Positions 36,336 through 50,785 of a stretch of DNA of 64,000 nt are shown here, piece after piece. The DNA is from Azolla caroliniana. Lineage: Eukaryota; Plantae; Polypodiophyta. The first letter of the stretch is position 1; the number at the start of each line of letters is the position of its first letter. The position numbers were made by a program, and so were the translations under genes. The stretch spans positions 12,524,001-12,588,000 of the forward strand of contig JBHGNT010000016.1 in the NCBI GenBank assembly GCA_043228905.1. Reading direction: 5' to 3'. Under the pieces are notes generated by a model, which was not told the origin of the DNA, did not search any database, and saw nothing but the letters and a program-made list of their open reading frames with translations.

Positions 36336-39300
36336 ACTGATCCTAAATATGGGTGAAACAACCAGCCACGTCCTCACAGAGGACATGAGGCGAAAATCGA
36401 TGAGACTAGCTAATGATGAGTCGATAGAAGCCCATCACTGGACTGAATCGATCGACCGACAGAGTTGAATGAAAGAACAAGCCGACAGAACTAGTCGTCG
36501 CTATAGCTGATCGAAAACAAGGGGTGACCGACAACCGAACAAGTGAGTACTACACACACTATAGGAAAGATGTCCACAATGTTTTCGACTGCTGGTCAAT
36601 AAAAAGAAAAGAGAGTGGTCGGCGATCCGAGCGGAATCAGGGACATTCCGACTTGGACTACTCTCAAGTCGGCAACCAGATCAATGTTTCTGACACCCGA
36701 TCCGGAGAAATCCTCTCCCTAGAGGATTCGATGATCAGAGAAGTCCTCTAGAATGCACAAGTTGCACACATGCTACTAGACTCTGGTGTCACATTTCACG
36801 TGACCCCCAACTTTGAATGGTTCTCAAACTATTCAGCCGATGCCAGCGGCACAGTCCGACTGGGAAACGGCCAAGAGTGCAAGATAGCCGGATTTGGGGA
36901 GGTTCCCATCAGATTGCCAAATGGCAACACAATAACCCTGCACCAAGTTCGGCACATACCCGATCTAAAGAGGAGTCTGGTCTCGATCGGCATGTTAGCC
37001 GAAGACGGGTATCGAACAACTCTACATGAGTTGACATGGGTGATCAGCCGAGGAAACCTCAAAATCAGTAGTGGGCATAAGTATAATAATCTATACCCAT
37101 TGATGGCGATCAACCCTAAAGGTAGCCGAGAAAACCGACCCAAACTTATGGCATGGCCGACTTGGCGACATGTCTCAAGCCGGACTTGATCGGCTGATGT
37201 CGGTCGGCTACATCCCAAAACTCAAGGCAAAGACAGACTTCTGCGAGCATTGTCGATATGGAAAACTAACCTGAAGTCGGCACTCTCTCCACTACGAGAC
37301 TGTGTCGTGTTGTTCCGCTCACGCGGGAGAGACTAAGACAGGACCGCGGGGGTCTTGGACCTAGGGGTTTAAGAGATAAAAAGAGAGAGCGACAGAGATA
37401 CGCGAGCATATCCCCGATTAGGCCTGCTCGTTGCCAACAGTGTTACTAGCCAAATAAGACCTGAACGCGTATAGTCTCTAAACCTGATACACGCTCACCG
37501 GACAAGGTAGAGGGAACTCATGAGAACACAAAGAGAGAGAAAATAGAAGTTTTAAATCAATAACTAGCAAGGTTACAATGTATGCAAGATTACAACCGGC
37601 AAGCCGGCAACAGACCCAACACAGAGAACCCACGCACACACTTCCGCCACAGAGAAAGCACGGTGGAGCCTCACTGGAGAGCAACGGTAGAGGACGAGAG
37701 AGCTCGATACCCAGTCCGACAGCACCTCGTCCTCGCAACCCCCCCCCCTCCCCCTGCTCTCCTTCTTCTCCCGTCCCTTTTATAGGTCGCCGAGGAGGCC
37801 GTTACATCAAAGCACATCAACTTTAGTGTCTATCCCTTCGGACAGAGATATGCATCGATTTCCTAGCTAATAAATATGTCATACCTAGTATATTTACATC
37901 AGCCATCCTATTCCTAGTTATGTACAATGTATCAATTCACGCACTCGTGAAAGGGCGGGTTCGCGCCTTTAATTCCTTGATTCCTCTTAGGGCCGGTTTT
38001 CTTCACGACAATGGTATGACAACTCCTAGAACTCGTGCACACAGACATATGTGGGCCCATGCTAGAGCGATCACTAGGAGGCTCCTGGTACTTCATCACA
38101 TTCATATATGATTGTACACGGAAAGTTTGGGCATACTCCATCAAGTCCAAAGATCAAGCACTCGAGGTCTTTGCTCGATGGATATCTGAAGTGGAGAACC
38201 GGTCGGGACACAGAGGGAAGACACTTTGATTCGATAATGGAAGTGAGTACACCTCCAAAGCCTTCAAATTGTACCTTTCTGGAAAAGGGATATGACATCA
38301 AAAGATCATTCCTTACATGCCCATGCAAAATGGGGTGGTTGAACGGATCAACCGAACTATCTAGGAGAGGGTGATGGCCATGCTCCAGCAAGCCGGACTG
38401 AAGCTGGAATTCTAGGCCGAGGCATTGCAGACGGCAAGAGCAATCATGCTCGAAGTGCCACAGGCACTATGATCAGGTAAACAACCAACCTACAATAGGC
38501 TCCGTATATTCGGATGTGAAGCCTACACGTTCATCCCTAGGGACAAAAGGACAAAATTGACACCCCATGCAACAAAGTGCATATTTCTCGGTTATGGAAC
38601 CGACTATGGGACCCAGAGAACCGAAAATTGATCCTGAGCAGCAATGTAGTCTTCAATGAAGACTCTATCTTCTCTCAACGGAAGCAATAGAAAATAGTTG
38701 GTAAGAAGGTATCCTTCAAAGATGACAATACTATCGTAGAAGGACTAACCCAATGGGCCGAATTGGAGATTCGAAAAACAGACGAACTCCAACAAACTGC
38801 CAACTTCCCTACCAACACCGAATCGGCAAGAAGTCCTAACGTCAAACTCAAAGAACAAGCAATCAAAGACACATCTGAATCGACAATAATCGATAAAGGC
38901 AGAGTCGTTAAGAAGACACTCAAAATCGAGCCGACAACAACCACAGGGGAGAACAACTAGACACCACTGAAATCCCAAACCGAGGGCGGGACACCTAACA
39001 AGACTCCTGACACAACTGGTTCAACAAATACCGATCATCAATTCAAACCAATCGAAGAATCCGAACCAGATATTATAGCACCCAGGAGATTTGGACGAGC
39101 TCGAAGGCAAACAAAGTTTTATCAACCCGGCCTCGACTATGTCCACTACACGGATGCAGGCGAATCACGCACGTATGACAAAGTTATGGCCGCACCGAAC
39201 ACCGAAACATGGCTGGAGGCCATGAAATCCGAAATGGATTCTATTCATTAGAATCAGACATGGAAGCTGTTCGAACTACCAGTAGGAAGAAAGCCACTAC

Positions 39301-41210
39301 CTTGCAAATGGGTGTTCCGATACAAGTATGTATCCGACTCAGAGAAACCCAAGTACAAATCTCGGCTTGTCGAGGAAGGTTTCAAACAGGAATACGGGGT
39401 CGACTACGACAAGATATTCTCACTAGCAGTCAAGATGACCACCCTCCGACTCTTACTAGGTGTCGTGGCAACAGAAGATCTAGAGCTCGACCAAATGGAC
39501 GTAAAGACAACATTCCAACATGGAGATCTAAAAGAAGACATTTACATGTCTCAACCGGCAGGCTTCATGGTGACAGGGAAGGACAATCACCTTGTATGTC
39601 GACTAAAGAAAAAGTCTATATGGCCTAAAACAAGCGCCAAGAATGTGGTACCACAAGTTTGACTCCTACATACGGCAATGTGGATACAACAAATCAAACT
39701 CTGACCCATGCATGTATGTTTGGCAATTGGTCGACGAGTCAAGGATCTCTCTGATCCTATAGGTCGACGACATGTTGATTGCAAGGAACAATCAAGCAGA
39801 GATCGGTAAGCTGAAGCGGAGCCTTCACGCAAAGTTCGCGATGAAGGAACTTGGACAAGTCCGACACATACTGGGCATGAGGATAGAGGGAACTCAGACA
39901 ACCAAAACTCTCCGAGTCTCCCAGTCCTAATACATCTGCAAGGTGTTGAAGCGCTTCGACATGGAGAACACGAAGCCAACACCGACACCGCTTCCGACGT
40001 TGATCAAACTATCGGATAGAGACTCTCTTGCAACGGACAAGGAGAGAGAGCTTAATGGAAAGATACCCTACGCATCGGCAGTAGGAAGTATCATGTACGC
40101 AATGGTGGCAACCCGACCCGACCTGGCCTATGCCGTAGGGGTGGTCAGCCGGTACATGTCAAACCTAGGAAAGAAGCACTGGGAGGCTGTCAAGCACATC
40201 CTTAGGTATCTAAAAGGAACCACGGATGCACAACTGACTTTCGGATTGACAATCTTAGCCGAAATCGAAGGCTACACTGACTCCGACTATGTCGAGAACA
40301 CGGAAAATCGGAAATCGACATCATGCTACATCTTCACCTATGGTGGCGGTGCGATATCATGGAGGTCGAAACTTAAAGAGTGCATGGCTCTGTCTACCAT
40401 AGAAGCCGAGTATATAGCAGCATTAGAAGCAACGAAGGAAGCGATGTGGCTGCACCAACTAACTTCCGACTTCGGAACTGCAAACCGAATAGACTGACCA
40501 ATGCCAACTATCTATTGCGACTCACAGAGCGCAATACACCTCATCAATAATCTCATCTACCATGCAAAGAAGAAGCACATTGAGGTGTGGTATCATCATA
40601 TTCGGGAGCTCCTGACTGTGAAGAAACTCAAAGTCTGGAAGATCGACACCGAGGTGAACATCGCCGATTGCCTGACGAAGACACTCCCAGATCAATGCTT
40701 CGGAACGCTAAGGACGAAGATGGGGCTACGACAAGCACCCGAGCAAAAAAAATCCAAATGAGGAGCAGAAGGTAAGAGTTGACCAACACTCATACTATAC
40801 CTTTGCCGACTCGGCTACTTGCCGACAGACTTGTAACATAAGATCTAGTTAAATTTGTAATCTAGGTTTACAGGGGAGATAACCCCAAGCACTTGTACAT
40901 GCAAGAAAGAGTAGTCCTTTTACGGGGAAGTTTGTTGGCATAAAAGGCCGACTCCTTCCAAATTGTATTTGTCCTAGTGTGAACTCATTAATAAGTTAGG
41001 GCTTAGTACATAAGCGAATACCTAACATTGTAATGAGTGATGACGAGCAGAGTATTGTATGTCTGAGAAAGAACGAAGTAATAAGAAGCTTTCATTAAAG
41101 CTCCATCTGTGTAAGTCTCTGCACCTATTCTATTTTCTGTATGTGTTGTTTGTTGTCCAGTACCAACTACAGATCCCTACACGTTTCCGCACATAGCACT
41201 CTTACCCACA
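36336..41210 (+). mobile_element. 5'-truncated degenerate Ty1/copia (family F) with putative 3' LTR 40933-41210
   Basis: LLDSGVTFH, HTDICGP, QMDVKT, PYASAVGS, KHIEV; PPT-like GGGGAAG before TGTTGG...CCACA. Confidence 0.75.
37303..38010. mobile_element. Solo LTR inserted in family F integrase
   Basis: Inverted termini TGTCGTG...CACGACA; integrase frame (HYET|..LELVHTD) resumes after it; TATA-like motif on minus strand near 37780. Confidence 0.7.
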
Positions 41211-43919
41211 GAGACTTGTCGAAGACAATCTCATTCCAGTGAAGGACGTGCAACTTGAGAAGTACACTGATTGCTTGGCTGGCAAGCAAAACCAAACCTC
41301 CTTTCGGTCAAGACCACCGATGACACAGACTGTACCACTAGATTTGGTGCATACCGATGTGTGTCAAGTCGACACGAAGTCACATGCCCCATCGCAATAC
41401 TTCGTGTCGTTCATAGACAACCACCGCCAGAAACTGTGGATCTCACTGTTGAAAACGAAGGATCAGGGGCTATCTGTCTTCAAGGAACTCCACGCGAGAG
41501 TGGAAAGAGAAACCGGCCAGAAGCTGAAGGTGGTTCGAGTAGATAATGGAGGAAAATATCAGGGGCAGTTCGAGGAGTACTGTCAGTCGAAGGGAATCCG
41601 GCTCGAATTCACTGTGTTGAAGACGTCGGAACTAAACAGGCTGGCCGGAAGGATGAACCAGACCATAATGGAGAGAGTCTAGTGCATGCTGGCATATGCC
41701 AAGTTACCCAAGATGTTTTGGGCTGAGGTGCTAACGATGGTGAACTATGTGATAAACAGATCACCCTCAACACCCTTGGAAGGAAACTCACCTCAGAAAG
41801 TATGGACCGGTAAAGATGTATCTTACCGGCATCTTAAGGTGTTCGAGCGTCTCGCATATGTGCATGTTGCGAAGGACAAGAGAACAAACCTGGATCCAAA
41901 GTCCCAGCCATGCATATTCCTTGGATACGGCGATGATGAGTTTGGTTACCAGGTGTGGGATCTAATCGACAAGAACATGTTCCGGAGTCGAGACATAGTC
42001 TTCATGGAAGACAGGACCATTGCTGACTAGGAGTCGGAGAAGAAGATGATGAACTCTGGATCATCCAATGAAAACCAGCAGGAGGACACAAGGACCTACC
42101 CAGTTGAGAACCGGATGTTGGCCGGTAACCAGATGACACTCGACGAACCGGTCGGATACGGACAAGAAACTGAACCGACCGAAGAAGAAGAAGAAGACAC
42201 CGGAACCAGACAAGATCCCGAATTGGATGAGGCGCGTCGGAAAGAGACTGAGGTAAACTCTGATGCCAAAGCCCTCCTTAACGAATTGGAATGCGGAAGA
42301 CAAAAGAATCAGAGTCCTGAGAACCGGTAAAAGTCGGGGATACGGTCAAAGTCAAGGGGGAGGCCCACTTGCTTCTATTGCGGCAAGCCGCGGCACTTCC
42401 AAAAGAATTGTTGGCATTTCTAGAAAGACAAGGGAACCGACAGTACCGATTCGAAGAAGTCACCGGACCGAAACGGTTCGGATCGGCGAGGCCAGAACCG
42501 GAAGGGAACGACGGAGATCGCGGCAAGTGAAGAAGAACTAATTCTCATCACTGAGGAGAGTGAGTTGAACCTTGCCATCGACGAGACAATGTGGGTTGTC
42601 GATTCCGGAGCGTCGTTCCATCTTACCCCGGACCAGAAATGCTTCTCATCCTACACAGCCAGTGAGCACGGCTATGTCCAAATGGGGAATGACGGGACAT
42701 GCCGAATTATTGGCATAGGAGATGTGTTGTTGACGACATCAACCGGATGCAAGTTGCCGCTGAAGGATGTCTGACACGTTTCGAAGGTTCGACTGAACCT
42801 GATATCAGCCGATCGACTGGATGATGAAGGCTACACAGGTAGCATCCGAAACGGTGTCATGAAGTTCTGCAAAGGGAGCTTAATAGTGGCTCGAGCCTGG
42901 GAGGTCAACATACTATACTTGATGAATGCCCGAATATGCCGGGAAGAAGTGAACGTAGCTTCCGACACTACCGGTGAGCTATGGCACAAAAGATTATGTC
43001 ACATGACTGAGAAGGGGATGAAGAGGCTTGCCGAAGACAAGCTTATTCCGGTGAAGAACGTGCAACTTGAGAAGTGCACTGATTGCCTGGCCGGCAAGCA
43101 AAACTGCACCTCCTACCGGTCAAGACCACTGATGAGATGGAATGCACCACTGGTGCTGGTGCATACCGATGTGTGTAAAGTGACATGCTGGATCGCAGTA
43201 CTTCGTGACGTTCACAGATGACCACAGCTGGAAGTTGTGGGTCTTACCGTTGAAGATGAAGGATCAAGTGTTATCTGTCCTCAAGGAACTCCGCGCAAGA
43301 GTGGAAAGAGAATACCAGGGGCAGTTCCAAGGGTATTGTCGGTCGATGGGAATCCGGCTCGAATTCATAGTGCCGAAGATGCAGGAACTAAACGGGTTGG
43401 CCGAAAGGATGAACCGGACCATAATGGAGAGAGTTCGGAGCATGCTAAGCTACCCAAAATGTTTTGGGCTGAGGCGCTAGCGCTGGAGACCTATGTGATA
43501 AAGAGATAACCCTCAGTACCCTTGGACAAAGACTCACCGCAGAAACTATAGTCTGGTAAGGATGTGTCTTACCGGCATCTGAAGGTGTTTGGGTGTCTCA
43601 CATACGTGCATGTGGCGAAGGACAAGAGAGGAAAGCTGGATCCAAAGTCCCGACCATGCATATTCCTTGGATACGTCAATGATGAGTTCGGTTACTGGGT
43701 GTGGGATCTGGTTGACATAAAGGTGTTCCGGAGTCGAGACATAGTCTTCATGGAAGACAGGACCATTGCCGATAGGGAGTCAAAGAAGAAGGTAACGAAC
43801 TCCGGATCATCCATTGAAAACCTGCTTGAGGACAAAAGGATATACCCGGTTAAAAACTGGATGTTAGCCAGTAATCGGATGACACTCGACGAACCAGCCG
43901 GATACGGACAGGAAACGGA
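41211..43919 (+). mobile_element. Two head-to-tail partial family B copia copies (integrase; then gag-end, protease, integrase)
   Basis: Close protein similarity to the 6952-11025 product; junction near 42227. Confidence 0.85.
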
Positions 43920-44666
43920 AATTTCCTTAATATATGTACAAGACCTGCAGTTAGTTTAACTTAATACTTGACTATATCGACATCATTACAATCAGGCAAC
44001 TGTGCAAATAACAATAGCTATGACTTTAGTTAGTATAAATAGCACTTGTCTTGTCCAAATGTAGACTGTAGCCAAAGACCTCTAATGTGTTAGAGTAGCA
44101 TGAAATCCAATTACACCATCTAAACATATCAACGATGTCTATTTGTCTATCTGAATTAATCTTGGTGAAATAATGATTAAAGAATAGAGTGTTCTTAGAT
44201 GAATTTCAAGATATTATTTATTTGTAAAAGAATAGTTGAAAACATGCAAATAAACCCTGGACTCAAACTGAAGACCTCTAGTGTGGAAGTCTAGCACGAT
44301 AACCAACTAAACTATCTAGATGCAATTAGGAATATCACTAAATTTCATGCATTCTAATGAATTTGCTAATTTCAATGAAACGATGTCACAACTACGTGAG
44401 CATCATGAGTTTCAATGTATCCAATGTGGTTGTGGCATTTAGGTGAAACAAGTCTCTAGAAAGAAATAGCACTAATTGACACAAGAAATCAACACGGCGA
44501 TTTTCTTGGCTTAAGGTACGTGCATCAGTCCCACTAAATATATTCTAGTTCTATAGTGACAGAGAACCATTTTCTACTCATTCTATTTAACATTTTTTGT
44601 TGTCCAAACCCGAACTCGAAGAGAAGACCTCTAGTGTGTAAGACTAGCGTGATAAACACCTACATT
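43920..44666 (-). repeat. tRNA-Val-derived higher-order repeat, segment 3
   Basis: Modules at ~44052 (AAC-deg), ~44247 (TCC), 44601-44665 (TAC). Confidence 0.85.
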
Positions 44667-47600
44667 ACTCACCTTGAGAGTGAATAGACACTCCAATGGT
44701 CAAGAGTCACCATTATGTCACCACTTTGTATTCTAGCATTTAGTATGAGTCATAGAATCATATTCTATGACACATAACTTATGAGCTTTCACATTCCCCA
44801 TGCTCCATGAATCTTGTAGTTAATGAAGAGAGAGGGTGACTATATAAAGCACCCTCCTCCCACCTTGTAAAGTGTTGACTCTTTCTTCTTTGCTAATATA
44901 ATCTACCTTGCGTATACTCTGTATCTTACTCCTTGTCTCTCTCACTCTCTCTCTCTCTCATACATACACAGTTCACATCTCTTCCGCTTCACAAGAATCC
45001 ATCTCTTGATTCTTTACATGGTATCAGAGCGATTTGGTAGCTCGATCTAGCCCATTCGCCTCATCGTGATCGTGTGTTGTGCTCTACACCGATGACCAAG
45101 AACCGGCTCATCGCTATCGTAGCCTCGCTACATAGCTCGCATTCAAAGAGAGAAGAAGAAGAAGAAGAAGAATCGACATAATGAATACTCAAATGGGGAG
45201 CGCTCTCCCTACCGAGAAGTTGGATCGAAACAACTTCGCATCTTGGGAGTACAAGATGCACCAATACCTTGTCAGACAAGGCTATTGGAGCTACATCAAA
45301 GGAGAGCATGAAGACCGACCCGCCAAAGAGGCTCCCGGATATGTGACAAGGGAGCAAGCCGCAAGCCGCGTGATTTGTTTCTTGGCAACATGTGTTCACG
45401 ATCACATGCTCGGCTACATTCGCGAAGCCAAGGCACAGAAGGAGGCATGGGAAAATCTACGAAAGATTTTCGCGGCGAACACAACCGCAAGAAGGCTTCA
45501 ACTCCGCCAAGAGTTGAACACCATTCAACAAAGGGACATGTTCATCACAACATACACCTCGAAGATCAAGGATCTTTGCGACTCGCTCGGCTCGATAAGC
45601 GTAAATATCGATGATGATGAGATTATGCAAATATGCCACGACGGCCTCGTACCACGGTTCAGTGCGATGTGAACCGTCATTCTAGCACGGGAGAAATCTC
45701 CCTCCCTCTTCGAGCTCCAATCAATGCTATTGGTCGAAGAAAACCACTTGCGTACAAGGAGCAATGAGTCAGAAGGCCACATGCTCTACATGCACTCGAA
45801 CGGAGGAAGACAACGCGGATGAGCGAGAGGCCGATTTGGCCAAGGACAAGGCGGACGAGGGCCGACCTATGACAACAACTCCCAATTTCGACCACAAAAC
45901 GGAAGACAACAAGGAACCTTCACAAGAAGGGGGAGCTTCCACGCCGGTCCGAGCCGTCAAAATGCAACCGAATGCAGATATTGCGGAAAGCTCAGCCACC
46001 ACGAAGAAGAATACCGAAAGAAGATGCATGAATCGGCTTCCGCAAACCGACAACTCACGAATTACACACACAATTCCGACTATGAAGAGTATAGCGGAAT
46101 GTACGGGCGCAACTCCGACTACGAAGATCGTGGCGGAATGTACGCACACCACTTCGACCGTGGCGGAATGTTCATGATGAAACATAGAGCAAACTCTATG
46201 TCGGCCTTTACCTCAACTAGTGCCCTCAATCCGGAGGACGTATGGTTTGTTGAATCCGGAGCCTCAAACCATATGACATCTCATAAAGAATGGTTTCTCG
46301 AGAGCCGGAGCGACCCGGTTATGTCGAAACCGGATATGACACTACGCACCCGATTCGGCACATCAGCAATGTTCCGTTCGGCGAAAGAGGTAAGCAAACA
46401 TACATTAAAAAAGTCTTGCATGTTCCCACCATCACGAAGGATTTGGTCTCGGTCGGCCAAATGGTTGAGCAAGGGATGCAAGTACGATTCGACCAAGAAG
46501 GGCGCTTCATCGAAAAAGAGGGCCGAATCATCGTGCGTGGAAGAAGAGAGGGTCGGATGTTCATTCTCGATTCACACGAGATGAAACTCTACCTCAACTA
46601 GTACCTCCGGTCCGGAAGACGTATGGTTCGTCGATTCCGATGCCTCGAACTATATGACATCGCATCAAGAATGGTTCCGAGAACTTCGAGAGCCGGACCG
46701 ACCCAGCTATGTCAAAACCGGAGACGACACTACGCACCCGATTCGGCACATCGGCAATGTTCCGTTCGGAAAAGAAGGTAAGAAAAATTACATTAAAAAT
46801 GTCTTGCATGTACCTACCATTACAAAGAATTTGGTCTCCATTAGCCAAATTGTAGAGCAAGGGATGCAAGTTCGATTTAATCAAGGCGGTTGTTTCATCG
46901 AAAAAGAGGGCCGACTCATCGCACGCGGATGAAGAGAGGGCCGAATGTTCATTCTCGACTCACACGAGATGAAATCGGCAATGTTCACAAAGGGCATGAA
47001 AGCCGACTCCGACATAGAGTTGTGGCACAAGCGAATTGGCCACATCAATCTCAGCAAACTCAAAGCAAACTCAAAGGAGTCGTCATCGGACTCCCAACAT
47101 TCAAAGAGATGGAGATTGAAGGTGTATGTGAAGCATGCCAATTCGGCAAGCAACACCAACACCCATTCCCGAAAGAGTGGAACGTGAGCCAAGGTCTACT
47201 CGACGTAGTCCATTCTGATGTATGGGGACCGACGCAGACGGCTACATTCGGCGGATGCCGATATTACGTGCTCTTCATCGACGACTTCTCTAGGCACACT
47301 TGGATCTACCCGATGCAACGAAAGACCAAAGTCTTCGGACACTTCCAAAAATTCAAGAATGAAGTCCGCATGCTGGTATGCACCAGAGACAACTTCGACT
47401 CCGACTCTGCTTGACCTGGAATCCACCAAACAAGAGATAGAGGATGAAGATCGCCTTATGTGCGTGTTCGAAGAAAGTCCAATCACGACCCGACTAGGCG
47501 GACCACAAGAGCCTTTGAGCGATCAAAGCACATCACGGCCTAGCCCGAAGATGGACAAAGGCAAGGTGAAAATGGCGGAATACGCAGATGATCACTTCGA

Positions 47601-49034
47601 TGACGATGAGTCGACTCACTCACTCGACAATGAGTTCGGTGGCTTCGATGTACCCATCAGAGCTAACAAAGCCCTCCTCTCTGCAAATGAAAAGCTTCGT
47701 CACTCCACCCGTGAAAAGAATCCGGACAGCCGATTCGGCTACAATGACTACATGGCGTATCACTATGCCTTTATAATGAAGGTGGCGACAGTACGCGAGT
47801 CGGAAACATTTTCCGAAGCAGTCAAGGATCCGCGATGGATTGAAGCCATGAATGAGGAGATGCAGGCACTATGCAAGAACGAGACATGGGATCTCGTTCC
47901 AACCTCACCACACAAAAAGGCGATCGGATGCAGATGGATTTACAAAGTGAAGTACAACGCTAACGGTTCCATCAACCGCTACAAAGCGCGACTCATAGCG
48001 AAAGGCTACGCACAAACGCACGGAGTTGACTACGAAGAGACCTTTGCCCCGGTGGCAAAGATGACGACGGTGCGGACCGTAATTGCACTCGCAGCGGCGA
48101 AAGGGTGGCACCTCCACCAAATGGACGTAAAAAACGCCTTTCTTCAAGGTGAATTAGAAGAGGAGGTGTACATGGTACAACCTCCCGGCTTCGAATCATG
48201 CATTCATCCGAAAGTTGTGTGCCAACTCAAGAAGCCACTCTATGGCCTCAAGCAAGCACCGCGTGCTTGGCATTCGAAGATAACGCAATATCTTCATCAA
48301 ATTGGCTTCCGTATGTCAAAATCAGACAACGACCTCTACATATGACGTGGTTCCGCAAGTCCGATTGTCATCATCCTATATGTGGATCACCTAGTCATTG
48401 GAGGCGAGCATCTCGTCGAAATCAATAAGGTCAAATCCCTCCTTTCCGACAAGTTCGAGATGACAGACATGAAGGAGCTCCACTACTTCCTCGGCATCAA
48501 GATAATTCAAACTCCGGCCGGAATCATGATCTCTCAACGGCACTACATCCTGAACTTGTTATACAAGTTCGGAATGGCTGAATGCAAATCCGCGACAACC
48601 CCGCTCAATCGCAATCTCAAAGCGTGTGAGCCGACTCAGTATCGGCAACTCATCGGGAGTCTCATCTACCTCACGATCACACGACCCGATCTCAGTTATC
48701 CAGTCAGTCTCCTTAGCCAATTCATGCAAACACCATGTGATACTCACTTGGATTGCGCTAAGCGAGTTCTATGCCACGCGAGTTGAGAATCAAGCTCAAC
48801 TTCGTCTAGTGTGTGAACTCACCTTGAGAGTGAATAGACACTCCAACGGTCAAGAATCACCATTATGTCACCACTTTTTATTCTAACATTTAGTATGAAT
48901 CATATTCTCCTTTGTTAATATAATCTACCTTGCATATACTTTTTGTCTTACCCTGTCTCTCTCACTCTCTTTCAAACACACACACAGTTCACGTCTCTTC
49001 CGCTTCAGAAGAATCCATCTCTTGATTCTTTACA
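44667..49034 (+). mobile_element. Degenerate, internally deleted family A copia
   Basis: 5' LTR 44667-45018 (5'-truncated); PBS 45019-45032; gag from 45181; duplicated protease; RT 47850-48780; RNase H deleted; 3' LTR 48782-49034. Confidence 0.88.
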
Positions 49035-49463
49035 GAAAGAAACATGTAGCCCTAATTTCCACAACCAATGAACACGTCGATTTTCATGGCTTAAGGTACA
49101 TGCATGAGATCCACTTAGTTTCATTAAATATATTCATATATACAAATTCCTTTACTTGTTCTATGTAACATTTTTTGTTCTCCAAACACGGACTCGAACT
49201 AAAGACTGCTAGTATGTAAGACTAGCATGATAACCAACTACACTATTTGGATTCAATTATAAAAACCAATGGCATGGATTCAAATGAATTTGTTACTTTG
49301 ATGGATTACATGCCCATCACAAGTTTCAATGTAGCCCAAGTTGTAGTGCACTATTTGACGCAAAAATGTACACGTTGATTTTCTTGGCTATATTGTATTT
49401 TTAAGTATACCAATTATATTTTTCATTCTATGTAACATCTTTTCTTGTCCAAACCCGGACTTG
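49035..49463 (-). repeat. tRNA-Val-derived higher-order repeat, segment 4
   Basis: TAC module ~49179-49252; start of an AAC module at 49446. Confidence 0.8.
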
Positions 49464-50785
49464 ATGGAGTCGGAGCTCGTATCTTTATCTTTCCGACGCG
49501 CCTCCTCATCTAGCAAGCTCGACTTTACTCTTGCTAGGGATAACCGCTTTCCTTCCGGCCCGGCGTTGCCCAAAGTGACAACCAACGTCTCCCAGCTATC
49601 CGAGAGGGAACCGAGCAGGAGTAGCGCTAGTACCTTATCGGCGAGAGGTACTTCCAATGAAGTTGCCTGGTGTATCAGCCCCTGGAAGGCATTCATGTGC
49701 TCCGCCATGCTGGAGCCATCTTGGTACCGGAGTCTTACTAGCTTCCGGAATACCGAAACCTGATTAACAGCGTTTTTGTTCTGAAGCATAATGCCAATCT
49801 TCTCCCAGAGCTCATGAGCCTTGCTCTCTTCATTGAAGTTGTTGTATAGGCTCATGTCGATGAAGCACCGTATGTACGCCGTTGTCTTCATGTGCATCAC
49901 CTCCCATACTGTGGCATCGATTTTGTCCGGTCTCTTGTCCCCAAACTGAACCAGCAACCAAAGATCCTTAACCACGAGCATGTCCCTCATCTTCGACTTC
50001 CATACCGAATAGTTGGAGCCGGTGAGCTTGAACATGCCTCCCAACGAATCGTCCATTTTTTGTGTCGTTTCGCTCTGATACCACTTGACGGGAACTGCAC
50101 GCTCCCTATACGCAAAGCTCGGCCACAACCGAGCTTAGAATCATACACAGAAAACGGGAAATGAAATGCACAACACAAAGAAGAGAAGAGTACACAGGAT
50201 GTTTACGTGGAAAACCCAAACTAGGGAAAAACCACGGTAGCCCACAGGCTGCAAACTATCACTATGCTAGAATGTACAACAGTGAGTTCACGGAGGCAAC
50301 GACCTCGTGCTCACGATCTTCGCCACAGGCGGCGGTTACAACAGAGGCAGCGACCTCTTCCTCTCTCTCTTCCTCTCTGTACACTGTTACGCGCTATATT
50401 CTTGTGCAAAAGCAAAAAACGACAACAACAACTAAAAGTTTGTCGTAAGTCATATTTATACTAATATGACTTTTCGGTTATTTACAAATATAGCCTCTAT
50501 GGACTCTCAGAAACATATTTACGAATATGTCTCTTCATCCGGTGAGCACTCCTCACCGGGTCTTCACCATCCGGCTCTCCGTAGCCGGGTACTCCTCATC
50601 CGGTTCTCACCGGGTCTGCACCATCCGGCTCTCCGTAGCCGGGTACTCCTCATCCGGTTCTCACCGGGTCTACACCATCCGGCTCTCCGTAGCCGGGTAC
50701 TCCTCATCCGGTTCTGGCCTCGGCTGAGTTTGTTCATCAGCACTGTTCTCCTCCCTTCCCATCCGGAGGGACCTGTCTCCCAACA
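49464..50785 (-). mobile_element. Truncated copia related to family B: gag (49464-50056), PBS (50070-50083), 5' LTR (50086-50785)
   Basis: MDDSLGGMFKLTGSNYSVWKSKMRDML...EEARRKD; LTR carries 54-bp repeats at 50545-50712. Confidence 0.85.

Noticed and set aside
48806-48816. CTAGTGTGTGA shared by family A LTR and CAC module
   Set aside because: Only 11 nt with no flanking homology; could be chance
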